DNA of 64,000 nucleotides from Bacteroidales bacterium (GTDB lineage: Bacteria > Bacteroidota > Bacteroidia > Bacteroidales > Bacteroidaceae): NCBI GenBank assembly GCA_004557035.1, contig SFFB01000019.1:58734-122733 (forward strand). Direction: 5' to 3'. The notes beneath the pieces are model-generated. The model saw only the letters and a program-made list of their open reading frames with translations, did no database searches and was not told the DNA's origin. How positions within the stretch are numbered: the first letter of the stretch is position 1; each line of letters begins with the position of its first letter. The translations under genes and the position numbers were made by a program. Of this stretch, positions 53,976 through 63,651 are shown one piece after another.

Positions 53976-56058
53976 GGGCGTAGTAGCGACGGGCAGCTTC
54001 TTTCTGGCGGTCGAGCGAGAAGTTCGACACGCGCTTCAGATAGCCGATAATACGAGTGAGATAATCCACGTTTTTGGAGTGGCAATGCGGACACTCTTTG
54101 AGATAGCGCTTATCGATGTGGCCACATTCCTTGCAGAGGGTGTTGGGAATGTTGAAGGTGAAATAGTTGCAGCCTTCTTTAGCGGCCACGCGCAGCAACT
54201 GGCGATATTGAGTGGCCGACAAGTGCTCGTCAAGGTTCATGTGGAGAGCCGAACCGCCGGTGAGGTGGGTGATGTATTTGCGGCCGTGGAGTCGGAACTT
54301 CTCGATGATGTCGGTGTTGGGGTCTTCCACTACATAAAAATAGCTGTTGTAGCAGTCGCGCGGCACGTAATAACCGGCTTCCTTGTCCCAACGGGCATGT
54401 TTCACGCCCACGTTTTCGGCCGGTATCATTTCGCAGTTGAAGAGCAACTCTTTGGAGCGGTATTTTTTATTGTAAGTCTCTATGAGTCCGAGGATGTCGC
54501 CCACGAATTTCTCATAGTCTTCATTGTCTGAGATGGTCAGTCCGAGACTTTCGGCGGCCTCCACTATGCCATTGACGCCGATGGTAAGGTATTGCCGGCG
54601 GATGTTGATGTAGCCGGCGTCGAAGAGCGGCAGCATACCTTTGTCGAGCAGGTCTTGAAGATTGGCGTTGTAGGCCATCTGCACTTTGTGCACGAGGTCT
54701 ACGATGCTCTCGAGATATTCCACGTATGAGCGTCCTTCACGCGTGGCCTGCTGCACGCAGCGGTTGATGTTGATGGTCAACACACTCTTTGATCCAGTCG
54801 ATACGCCTCCGGCGCCGAGCGTGTAACTGAAACCGTTGTCTTGAATTTCATTGCGCAGGCGGCAGCAAGAGGCCAGCGAGTCGGCGTTGTCGCTCATGTA
54901 GGTGAAGAAAGAGTGGCCGGCGGCATACATCTCTGCCGTGAAGTCGCCATATTCCTTGTCGATGACTTCGCCGTCTTTGGTGAGCAGTGCCATGGTTTCC
55001 ACGGGGAAGGTGAGCACAGCCTTGGTGCGCTCTTCATTGAACCAGCGCATAAAGCGCTTCTGCAACCAGCTCACGGCTTCCCAGCAGGGTTTGGTGTCGT
55101 CGGGGAAAACAAAGTTGCCAAAGATGGACTCAAAATAGTTTTTGTCGTAGTAGGAGATGTTCCAGAACACCGACTGGAAGTTGCGTGCACCCGTGGGTTG
55201 GTTGATGCTATAGACGATTTGTTCAAAACAGTCGGTAATGACCTTGTCGATGGTGCGCTGGCGCATGGAGAGGTCCACCACCTTGTCGGCGTTTTCATAA
55301 TAGTCGCGGCCATATTCTTTTTCGAGGAAATGGCTCATATACATCAAAAACTCCGGCGTGGCGCAGGCTCCAGAAAGCATCGACGATACGATGAACACCA
55401 TATTGACAAAACCGCCGCAAAACGACTTGAGGTTGGTCGGTGCCGTCGAATTGCCGCCAATGCTTTTCGTGCCGCCCAGCAGCCAGGGATACATCGTCAC
55501 CGAGGCGCAGTAGTTGGCCAGACTGGTTTCGTCGTTTTTGTAGATATAGTGATTTTTAAGGAGATAGATGTAGCGGTCGGCGGTCTCTTTGCCATAGAGG
55601 CTTTTGATTTTATCGCAGAGCATGCGTCGGTTCAGGCGGATGAAGCTCTGCTTGGGCAGTTCGCCGATGAGGGTGGCGATGTTTTTGTTCTCCACATTGG
55701 CGTTGCTGTCAAATTTTGATCCGGTCGCGGGGTTGGCGGCGTTGCAATAGTCGATGAGGAAGCGTAGTTTGTCGGCCGTTTCGCGGTCGTCTTCGTGGCG
55801 TTTGCGATAGAGCATGAAAGCCTTGGCTGCCTTGAAGTGTCCTTCGGCCATCAGTGCCACCTCCACTTGGTTCTGCACGTCCTCCACACTGATGCCGTGA
55901 CAAATCTTCACGCGATCCACGATCTTCTGAAGCTGTTCGGCGTCAATAGGCACTTCCACCGAGCGGAAGGCTTTGAGCACAGCCTGTTTGATTTTGTCGA
56001 GTGAGAATACTTCGGTCTTGCCGTCGCGTTTCTTGATTTGAAAGGGCATCTTGTTCAT
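53968..56058 (-). CDS. nrdD: Class III anaerobic ribonucleoside-triphosphate reductase
   Basis: ATP cone (IKKRDG), SCCRL, CxxC..CxxC, glycyl-radical motif RIIGYL. Confidence 0.96.
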   Translation of the reverse strand: MNKMPFQIKKRDGKTEVFSLDKIKQAVLKAFRSVEVPIDAEQLQKIVDRVKICHGISVEDVQNQVEVALMAEGHFKAAKAFMLYRKRHEDDRETADKLRFLIDYCNAANPATGSKFDSNANVENKNIATLIGELPKQSFIRLNRRMLCDKIKSLYGKETADRYIYLLKNHYIYKNDETSLANYCASVTMYPWLLGGTKSIGGNSTAPTNLKSFCGGFVNMVFIVSSMLSGACATPEFLMYMSHFLEKEYGRDYYENADKVVDLSMRQRTIDKVITDCFEQIVYSINQPTGARNFQSVFWNISYYDKNYFESIFGNFVFPDDTKPCWEAVSWLQKRFMRWFNEERTKAVLTFPVETMALLTKDGEVIDKEYGDFTAEMYAAGHSFFTYMSDNADSLASCCRLRNEIQDNGFSYTLGAGGVSTGSKSVLTININRCVQQATREGRSYVEYLESIVDLVHKVQMAYNANLQDLLDKGMLPLFDAGYINIRRQYLTIGVNGIVEAAESLGLTISDNEDYEKFVGDILGLIETYNKKYRSKELLFNCEMIPAENVGVKHARWDKEAGYYVPRDCYNSYFYVVEDPNTDIIEKFRLHGRKYITHLTGGSALHMNLDEHLSATQYRQLLRVAAKEGCNYFTFNIPNTLCKECGHIDKRYLKECPHCHSKNVDYLTRIIGYLKRVSNFSLDRQKEAARRYYAHA

Positions 56059-56359
56059 AGTGGAGGTGTTTTTTTATAGTGTATGTTGGTTTATAAAATG
56101 CTCTATTTTGGACAACTTTCTGTTTTGAATTTCAGAAAAAGTTTTCCGTTTTGGATAATTTGCTTGTATGATAAGCCGGTTAATTTTGAGCACGAAAAGC
56201 CGCAAAACGTCTCTCTGAAGCATATCATTGCTCAGACGTCAATTTGTTTATAAACTACTGATTTATTGCTTTTTATTAAATATAACAGTGAGCCATTAAA
56301 GGCGATGATAAGCGAAAGTGCAAAGCCTTCGCCGTAGCGGCATTAGCGTTTTACCGCTG

Positions 56360-56367
56360 CAAATTTA
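56360..56367 (-). promoter_or_regulatory. -7 box TAAATTTG for nrdDG (leader of about 300 nt)
   Basis: CAAATTTA on the plus strand. Confidence 0.5.
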
Positions 56368-56444
56368 ATTATCATTTATGGAAAACAGTGTAATCGGATA
56401 AATATTTTTTTTGAGCGAAATTGTACACCAAACTTGCATTTATG

Positions 56445-56836
56445 AAGGGGCGCAACATAATAACCAAGGTCTAACGAACCGACAACAAGGCGAGAGCTAT
56501 GAGTTATTAGCGGCCCGGCAAACCCTGAAGGGACGTCACATAATAGCCCGAGTCGTTAGCCCGAGGTTTTTAGCGGCCCGGCAAGCCCTGAAAGGGCGCA
56601 ACATACCAGCCCAGGTCGTTAGGCCTGGGTTAAACGATGTACGCGATAATTCCGGCCTGTAAGGTCGGCACCCAAAGCGTCTTGTTATCAATATGTAATT
56701 TTTATCCCCTTAATGTGCCGACCTTGCAGGCCGGAAAATAGTGGAATTTCGGTTACCCAGGCCTTCGATCTGGGCTATTATGTTGCGCCCTTTCAGGGCT
56801 TTCCGGGCCGTTCAGTTACGCCCTTACAGGGCTTGC
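56445..56836. repeat. Type B REP-like palindrome with partial extra arms and a truncated nested module
   Basis: GCCCTGAAAGGGC / TTCCGGCCTGTAAGGTCGGCAC mirrored; module stub at 56479-56497. Confidence 0.85.
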
Positions 56837-56929
56837 ATTACCGCTTATTTTTTATTCTCAATTATAAATACCCTATCCTTCCTGCATCCATACATTATAT
56901 AAACGCTATCATTCCCTCACCCTATTCAC

Positions 56930-57430
56930 CTACGCTTTTCCACAATCCACCGATTTTTTTCCATTCCTTTATATATATGCTTTTTTCTTTCTCTTTGTAA
57001 CTGGAAAAACTCATGATAGTTATGATGATAGTTCGTGGATATGGTGGACAACGCGTTCTGGCTTTGTCTTATCCCTGATTTATGCACTGAATACACGGGG
57101 TTATACCCGTTTTATCCACTGTACGTGATTGATGCTTTTTCATTGAATATAAATAGTTTAATGATGATTTTTGTCCATAAAAATTGACTGATGTGGACAA
57201 CGCGTTGACGCCACCGCCCGATGAGGTTATAAATGGTGGGTAACATCCGGCATAACGGTGTGTTTGGGCGGTGAATGGTGGTGTATAAATCGCCTTCGCC
57301 GACGGTCGGTTTGGCGGCTCGGTTTTTCACCGACTTATACCCCGTTTTTCCACAGGTTTATCCACCGTCTTTTCACTCTGACATTTCCGACAAATCACCC
57401 GGTAGATAGTGACAGATCTTTATCGATTTT
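56930..57430. other. DnaA-box cluster, candidate oriC
   Basis: TTTTCCACA at 56936 and 57346, TTATCCACT at 57112, TGTGGACAA at 57192, GGTGTATAA at 57280, TTATCCACC at 57358, tandem weak boxes at 57034-57051, AT-rich stretch at 56953-57030. Confidence 0.6.
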
Positions 57431-57789
57431 TTTGCTCACGCTTGTTTTTCAATATCAGAATGGCGCAAACAAACCCATAAATAGCCAGTATAAAACAAAG
57501 ATGGCTTGCTGTATTTTCTCCCTTAAGGCCGCGCGTCGCCGGAATAAGGCCAGAAATTTCTCTCCTTATGGCAGTAACGCGTTGTAAAACAATAAAATAG
57601 GTGTATTAAATGCTCTCCTCCTCTATGCTTACTCCAAAGATAAGGTGAAATGGCGTGAAGGAAAAAGACAAAAGTTAGCGGGCGATGTTGGAGGTGTTCA
57701 AAATAGGTTTTGTCGTTTTTGGATGATGCCGGATTGGGGCGATCAAGTAACGGACTGAAAGGCCGTTGCATAGCCGCTTATTAAACAAT

Positions 57790-57908
57790 GCCGTGACTGA
57801 ATGTGACTGAACCGTTCAATCACAGCAATTTGCTCATTATCAATTGGATATAAGCCCGTGATTGTGTGATTGGGAAAAAGGCAACAATTTGGGTAGAGTG
57901 AATGAGGC
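57790..57908. repeat. Diverged inverted third copy of the ~120-bp core of the 143-bp repeat
   Basis: Reverse complement aligns with 53351-53471 (GCCTTTTTCCCAATCACAC; CAAATTGC.GTGATTG..GTTCAGTCAC). Confidence 0.8.
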
Positions 57909-58060
57909 CTTGCGAGGCCGCATTGAAATAACCTAATCAATATCATTTTCAATCACAAATTTTAAACACTCTACCTTCCACCTCCCAAAAAATAAAGCCA
58001 CAAATGTTAAATTAAAACCAAAAGAAACCTTAAAGTTTTCACGGCCACCGAATAAATTCG

Positions 58061-58068
58061 TACTTTTG
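58061..58068 (+). promoter_or_regulatory. -7 promoter box TACTTTTG
   Basis: TAnnTTTG about 55 bp before ATG 58122. Confidence 0.65.
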
Positions 58069-58121
58069 CAGCGGAATTCCAATTAAATCACACAGATACA
58101 ATCATTTGTACCTTTATTTCA

Positions 58122-59279
58122 ATGAAGATGAAATTACTTCTGGCTTCGGCCTGTGCCCTCTTTGCTTTCACATCTTGTATCAAAGATGAGGCACTCAATG
58201 CCGAATGCGACATCACCGGCGTGGACTCTCTTTGGCTTCAATCCCATCGCGACATTCTTATTGGCAACCCCATTGTGGCCAATGAGCGCGTGAGCTTCAA
58301 TGTGGCCAAAGGCACAGACATCACCGCGCTGGACCCGCGTTTTTATCTCACTCCCGGGGCGCGACTCATGGCCATCGGTCCTGATGGACAAGAAGTGGAG
58401 GCCAACGGTATGGTGCGCGATTTCACCACGCCAAAAAACTATACCACCTATTCCGAAGACGGCCTTTGGCATAAGAATTATGTGGTGTCTTTTGACACGC
58501 TCATGATCAAGTCAAACTACAATTTCGAGCACTATCAGCTCGAGAGCCGCGGCCGCTTCTACAATTGGTTTGAAGTGGACGAAAACGACGCCACACAGAC
58601 GCAACATATGTATTGGGCCACGGGTAATCCCGGCTATGCCCTTACCGGCAAAGGCACCTCGCCCGACGTCTACCCCACCCAACCCATCGAGGGTGGCGGA
58701 CCCGACGGCAGTAGTTGTATCAAGCTCACGACCTGCTCGACGGGTTCTTTTGGTGAAAACCTGCCCGACCCTATGCCCATAGCCGCCGGCAACATCTTCC
58801 TCGGCGAGTTCCGTGTGGCCTATGCCACCATGCGGCCGCGCAATGCCACCCGTTTCGGTCTCCAGCTTGTGGGCGGCGAACCCATTTCGCTCGAAGGCTA
58901 TTATAAATATACTGCCGGCGAGACTTTTATCAACGAACATAAAGAGGTCTTGGCCGATCGACACGACACCGCCGACATCTATGCCGTGGTCTATGAAGTG
59001 GACCCCGCCAACTTCGTACCGCTCAATGGCGACGAGGTGCTCACGTCAGACCGCATCGTCTATATGTCGCGCATCGACGACCCGGGCGAACCTCAAGAGT
59101 GGACCTACTTCAACGAGCCTTTCCGCCTGATGCCCGGCAAGACCTTCAACCCCGAACGCGTCAAGACCAACGGTTACGCCATTGCCCTCGTGGCTACTTC
59201 CAGCCGTGAAGGAGCCTACTTCCGCGGCGCTGTGGGCAGCACACTCTACGTGGACCAACTCAAGATTAGTTGGAAGTAA
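58122..59279 (+). CDS. PCMD-domain lipoprotein
   Basis: Lipobox FTSC-IKDEALNAECDI; WATGNPG, PIAAGNIF, GYYKY, GAVGSTLYVD. Confidence 0.85.
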   Translation: MKMKLLLASACALFAFTSCIKDEALNAECDITGVDSLWLQSHRDILIGNPIVANERVSFNVAKGTDITALDPRFYLTPGARLMAIGPDGQEVEANGMVRDFTTPKNYTTYSEDGLWHKNYVVSFDTLMIKSNYNFEHYQLESRGRFYNWFEVDENDATQTQHMYWATGNPGYALTGKGTSPDVYPTQPIEGGGPDGSSCIKLTTCSTGSFGENLPDPMPIAAGNIFLGEFRVAYATMRPRNATRFGLQLVGGEPISLEGYYKYTAGETFINEHKEVLADRHDTADIYAVVYEVDPANFVPLNGDEVLTSDRIVYMSRIDDPGEPQEWTYFNEPFRLMPGKTFNPERVKTNGYAIALVATSSREGAYFRGAVGSTLYVDQLKISWK

Positions 59280-59282
59280 TAA

Positions 59283-59632
59283 AAGAGACAAAGAGTTAGA
59301 GCGGCCAAGTACGGCCTGTAAGGCCAGCGAGAACATAGCCCAGGGCAGAGCCGAGCGAAGCGAAGCGGCACCCTGGGTAGAGACATTAACGAAAAATGCG
59401 CCCTGTAAGGGCAAAAGACTAAATAAAAAGCATGAATAAAATATGAGCAAGGTTATTATAATAAACAAATCTTTTGCCCTTACAGGGCGAACATAATCGT
59501 CTATGCCTACCCAGGGCAGAGGTGCCACTACGTGCCACCTCTGCCCTGGGCTATGGTCTTTTGCCCTTTCAGGGCGTCTTTTTGTCTCTTTGACTTTATA
59601 AGAGACAAAGAGACGAAAAGTCAAAGAGTCAA
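59283..59632. repeat. REP-like palindrome, type A, with octamer flanks
   Basis: GAGCGGCCAAG..CCCAGGGC..GCCCTGTAAGGGCAAAAG mirrored. Confidence 0.88.
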
Positions 59633-59647
59633 AATAACGATATATCA

Positions 59648-60478
59648 ATGATTTCTTTCAATAAAAAAATACTTTTGGCCTTCATCGGTTTGTCGGCGTT
59701 CACGGCATCACAGGCCACCGAAACCGGCAATGCCGATGTCACATCCCAAACAGTGGCCGATAAAGGCGTGAAAGACACCGACAACAACCTCATCCGTGCT
59801 GCCCTAAAAGGTTGGCACGTGCGCGTGGGTGCCGGCGTCAACATCGGCGGTACGTCGCCACTGCCACTGCCTCGTGAAATCCGTTCCATCGAAGGCTACA
59901 AACCTCATCTCAACATTGCCCTTGAGGGAATGGCCATGAAGAGCTTCACAGGTTCGCCGTGGGGACTGGCCGTGGGTTTGCGCTTCGAGCAAAAAGGTAT
60001 GGAGACCAAGGCCAGAGTGAAAAACTATCATATGGAAGCCGTCAACGAAGACGGTAGCGGCCGTATCAATGGTGCCTGGACCGGCCACGTCAAGACCAAG
60101 GTGGACAACACCTACCTCACCGTGCCCCTTCTCGCCACCTACCGCCTCTCCGACCGCTGGAGTCTGGCGGCAGGCCTCTATTTCTCTCTGCGCACCAGTG
60201 GTGAGTTTATGGGCGAGGCCTACGACGGATACATCCGCGACATTGACCCGCGAGGTGAAAAGGCAGAAGTATCTCTCGCCACCTACGACTTCTCTTCCGA
60301 CCTCCGCAAATTTGCTTGGGGCGTACAGGTAGGCGGCGAGTTCCGTGCCTACAAACATCTGGCCGTCACCGCCAATCTGCAGTGGGGTCTCAACGGCATC
60401 TTCCCCTCCGACTACGAGAGCGTCACCTTCGCCCTCTACCCCATCTACGCCACCGTCGGCTTCGCCTATGTGTTTTAA
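59648..60478 (+). CDS. Porin / PorT-like outer-membrane beta-barrel
   Basis: Signal peptide, GGTSPLPLP, NTYLTVP, terminal GFAYVF. Confidence 0.8.
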   Translation: MISFNKKILLAFIGLSAFTASQATETGNADVTSQTVADKGVKDTDNNLIRAALKGWHVRVGAGVNIGGTSPLPLPREIRSIEGYKPHLNIALEGMAMKSFTGSPWGLAVGLRFEQKGMETKARVKNYHMEAVNEDGSGRINGAWTGHVKTKVDNTYLTVPLLATYRLSDRWSLAAGLYFSLRTSGEFMGEAYDGYIRDIDPRGEKAEVSLATYDFSSDLRKFAWGVQVGGEFRAYKHLAVTANLQWGLNGIFPSDYESVTFALYPIYATVGFAYVF

Positions 60479-60480
60479 GG

Positions 60481-60780
60481 GAGACAAAGAGTCAAAAGTA
60501 TAAGAGTCAAAAAGACAAAGAGACTAAGAGTCAAAGATTCCAAGAGCGGCCTTACTGGCCTGAAGGGTCGGCATACTGAGCGGCCAATCAAGCCCTGAAA
60601 GGGCGTAACATACTAGCCCAATTGACTTCGTCTTCCTCCTTCGCGGCTCGGCATAATCCAAGCGGAGCTTGTCTTCTGCTCTCGCCTTGTCGTCGGTTCG
60701 TCAGGCCCGGGTAACGGAAGCTCCTCTAATTTCCGGCCTGTAAGGTCGGCACACTCCAAGCGGTTACGGCCGCTCAAAAA
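60481..60780. repeat. Octamer array plus type B REP half with a nested 73-bp module (minus orientation)
   Basis: Module at 60624-60696 flanked by TT; ends CGGCCGCTCAAAA. Confidence 0.87.
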
Positions 60781-60848
60781 CAATTAAATCCCGCCTCCAC
60801 TCCTCAACATCGCAAAAAACAATATAAACCATTCAAAACTATACGATT

Positions 60849-61505
60849 ATGAAAAAAACTTTACTCTCTATTATCGCAGCGTTTGCGCTCTGTCTCACCG
60901 CCAATGCCCAAACCGAATGGGGTACCAATTGGTCTAACGAATTCACCGGCAAATTGTGGGTGTCTCTCATTGAAGAAACTTACGATGATGAAACTTTGGT
61001 TTCAGAGTCTGAAAAAATCTACATCAATGCCACGGGCGAAACCAACAAGGTAAACTTCTCTTTGCCCAACTTCACGTTTTATGGTTTGAATGTAGGTGAT
61101 ATTTACCTGCCTAATATTACTTTGACGCCGAATGCTGAAGGCTTTACATTCAATGAAAACGATAAGGTTCAATTACATCTCCAATTGGGTGATACCCCTA
61201 TTTTGGCAGAAGCTTGTATTAACGACACATTGAGTTACATCACAATCGGTGCTGATGGCGACAGTTTGGTGGCCTATATTCCTGTTGTTTGGATACAAGA
61301 CGAAACAGACCGTAATCAAGATGCCCCCATTTGGGTGCTCTTCAAAGGCAAATCAGCAGTGAGCACGAGCATTGGCGAAGCCATTGCACGTCAGACCATC
61401 GCCACGGGCATCTACGACCTCTCCGGCCGTCGTCACGCCACGGTTTCTTCTGCCCGTCGTCCGTCGCAAATCTATATCGTCAACGGTAAGAAAATCTTCA
61501 AATAA
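60849..61505 (+). CDS. Secreted calycin-like-domain protein with a T9SS CTD
   Basis: Signal peptide; FSLPNFTF..VGDI; CTD TSIGE..GIYDLSGRR..IYIVNGKK. Confidence 0.7.
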   Translation: MKKTLLSIIAAFALCLTANAQTEWGTNWSNEFTGKLWVSLIEETYDDETLVSESEKIYINATGETNKVNFSLPNFTFYGLNVGDIYLPNITLTPNAEGFTFNENDKVQLHLQLGDTPILAEACINDTLSYITIGADGDSLVAYIPVVWIQDETDRNQDAPIWVLFKGKSAVSTSIGEAIARQTIATGIYDLSGRRHATVSSARRPSQIYIVNGKKIFK

Positions 61506-61524
61506 ATTATTATAGAAAAAAGCA

Positions 61525-63627
61525 ATGAAAAAACTAATTTCTTTCGGCCTGCTCTTGGCTTCTGCCATTGGAATGAATGCGCAGCAGTTGCCCAATATAG
61601 GTTTTGATAATTGGAAAACTACTAATGGTGCATCTTATAATCCTGGAACATCAAAAGATTATACCAGACCAGGTTCAGAACCAGAAAATTGGTGCGGATC
61701 CAATGTTAATCAATTGGGTGTAGCTTCAAATGATCAGTTGTGTACGAAACAAACAGTTGATGCAAATAATTATGTCCAATTGAAAAATTCAAAAGTAGGT
61801 GCTTTGGGTATAACGGATGAAGCACCAGGATTTATTTCATTGGCGAAACCTTGGGTTTTTGCAACAGCGAGTATGACATCTGCGGCAGCATTAGCTTTAG
61901 GTGATGGTGGTACCTATGGGGGCACCACATTTGCCAACAAACCGGATGCCTTGACTTTGAAATACCGTAAAACAGCTCAAAATAATGAGGTTTCTCGGGT
62001 TATAGCCTATATGTGGAGAGGTACTTTTACTTCTCAAGTACCAAGTGCAATAAAAAATACCGGAACTTTTTTTAAACCAGTTTGGGCACATTCTGCTTGG
62101 ACAGAATTAGAAGATGTAGATAGAGCTGTTATTGGACGTGAAAGTTCAGATAAGGTAACGGCGTCTGGTGTACTTGTGGCACATATAGACTATGAAATAA
62201 CTGCCGATCAAGCATCATGGCAAACATTGACCATTCCTTTTACTTATGATAAAGCCGATGCTGTACCCCAAAAAATGAATGTCATTATAGCAGCAGGTGA
62301 CTATTGGAATCGTTCAAATCTGGTAGAAAATAGCCAAATGGACGTTGATGATGTACAATTTGTATATTATCATACTTTGTCTTCTATAAGTTATAATGGA
62401 GAAATTATCGCTTCAAACCCTGAAGAAGATTCTACGATAGATTGTTCGAATAGAGTCTATGACCAAACTTTAATGACTTATAATAAAAATGGTATTGGTG
62501 CTACAATAGAAGAATCTTTCAATGAAGAAAGTTCATTATTAACCATAACCGTTAAAGGTAATGATTATAATGAGTCAACCAATCCTTATTCAAAATCAGT
62601 CTATAAAATTCAATTCGCTACCCCTACGGTAGATAATTACACCAATAGTCTTATTGTTAATGCAAAAGATTTTGGTGGAAAGCAGTTCTATGAAACAAAA
62701 ACTATTGATGTTTTGACCTATACATTAAGTGGCGTAGAACGTACAGACTTAAAAATTAAGGATTTTCATTTCAATTTGGAAGAACAAGACTTAGCTGTAG
62801 GTGATATAGTAGTGACAGACCTTTCTAAATCAACAAGTGGAACTGTAACTACATTTTCCTGCAACGAAAAAGATGTATATATTGGTGGCGATTTGAAAAT
62901 GATTTTGCCTTTAACTGTTACGGCTACTATTTCTGGCACTGATATGTTAGCTACCATAGATATCATTCTTGGCGAGACTGTCGTCAACGTAGTCTTTGCT
63001 CCCGCTGTCACTATGGACGGCTCGGCTGCCATCACGGCTACCGGATTGAACAACGTGAAAGTGGCTCGCTCATTCAAGAAGGGATGGAATACTCTGGCTC
63101 TGCCCTTCGCCATCACCACGGCCGAACTCGGCACAGGCGTGAAAGCTCAAGAGTTCAGCGGCGTGACGGCAGACGGTGGCCTCAACTTCACCGCCGTGAC
63201 CAACCTCGAAGCCAATAAGCCTTACCTCGTTTACTTCCCCGCTGCTACAGATGTGGCCGAGTATTTCGGCACCAACATCAGCGCAGTAGACGAAACGGGT
63301 GTGACCAATGGTGCTTATACCTTCAAGCCCAACTTCTCCAACCCCAGCCTCTCAATGGCCGGCAACTATGGCGTGGTCACCGCTGACGGCGTGTCGAAGA
63401 TTATGAAGGGCGGCGCAGGCTCTACACTCCAGACTATCCGCGCCTACTTCACCGGCAACGGTGCTGGAACCGCACGCATCTACTTCGACGGCGAAACCAC
63501 TGGCATCGAAGCCATTACCAACGCTACCGCCAACGGTAAAATCTACAACCTCCAGGGCGTAGAAGTGAGCGGCAAACTCCCCGCTGGTGTTTACGTCAAG
63601 AACGGTGAGAAAGTAATCATCAAGTAA
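61525..63627 (+). CDS. Secreted multidomain protein (PCMD-like plus calycin-like) with a T9SS CTD
   Basis: QQLPNIGFDNW, KPDAL, VDDVQFVY; GWNTLALPF..EANKPYLV; CTD IYNLQG..GVYVKNGEKVIIK. Confidence 0.78.
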   Translation: MKKLISFGLLLASAIGMNAQQLPNIGFDNWKTTNGASYNPGTSKDYTRPGSEPENWCGSNVNQLGVASNDQLCTKQTVDANNYVQLKNSKVGALGITDEAPGFISLAKPWVFATASMTSAAALALGDGGTYGGTTFANKPDALTLKYRKTAQNNEVSRVIAYMWRGTFTSQVPSAIKNTGTFFKPVWAHSAWTELEDVDRAVIGRESSDKVTASGVLVAHIDYEITADQASWQTLTIPFTYDKADAVPQKMNVIIAAGDYWNRSNLVENSQMDVDDVQFVYYHTLSSISYNGEIIASNPEEDSTIDCSNRVYDQTLMTYNKNGIGATIEESFNEESSLLTITVKGNDYNESTNPYSKSVYKIQFATPTVDNYTNSLIVNAKDFGGKQFYETKTIDVLTYTLSGVERTDLKIKDFHFNLEEQDLAVGDIVVTDLSKSTSGTVTTFSCNEKDVYIGGDLKMILPLTVTATISGTDMLATIDIILGETVVNVVFAPAVTMDGSAAITATGLNNVKVARSFKKGWNTLALPFAITTAELGTGVKAQEFSGVTADGGLNFTAVTNLEANKPYLVYFPAATDVAEYFGTNISAVDETGVTNGAYTFKPNFSNPSLSMAGNYGVVTADGVSKIMKGGAGSTLQTIRAYFTGNGAGTARIYFDGETTGIEAITNATANGKIYNLQGVEVSGKLPAGVYVKNGEKVIIK

Positions 63628-63651
63628 GTCACACACAGAACACAACAAACC

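Noticed and set aside
56059..56360. Cobalamin riboswitch upstream of nrdD
   Set aside because: No B12-box or other conserved riboswitch core is visible by eye; an Rfam scan would settle it.
53260..56360. Identical 15-mer GCGTTTTACCGCTGC at 53260 and 56346
   Set aside because: A few 15-bp matches are expected by chance in a 64-kb self-comparison, and the match does not extend.
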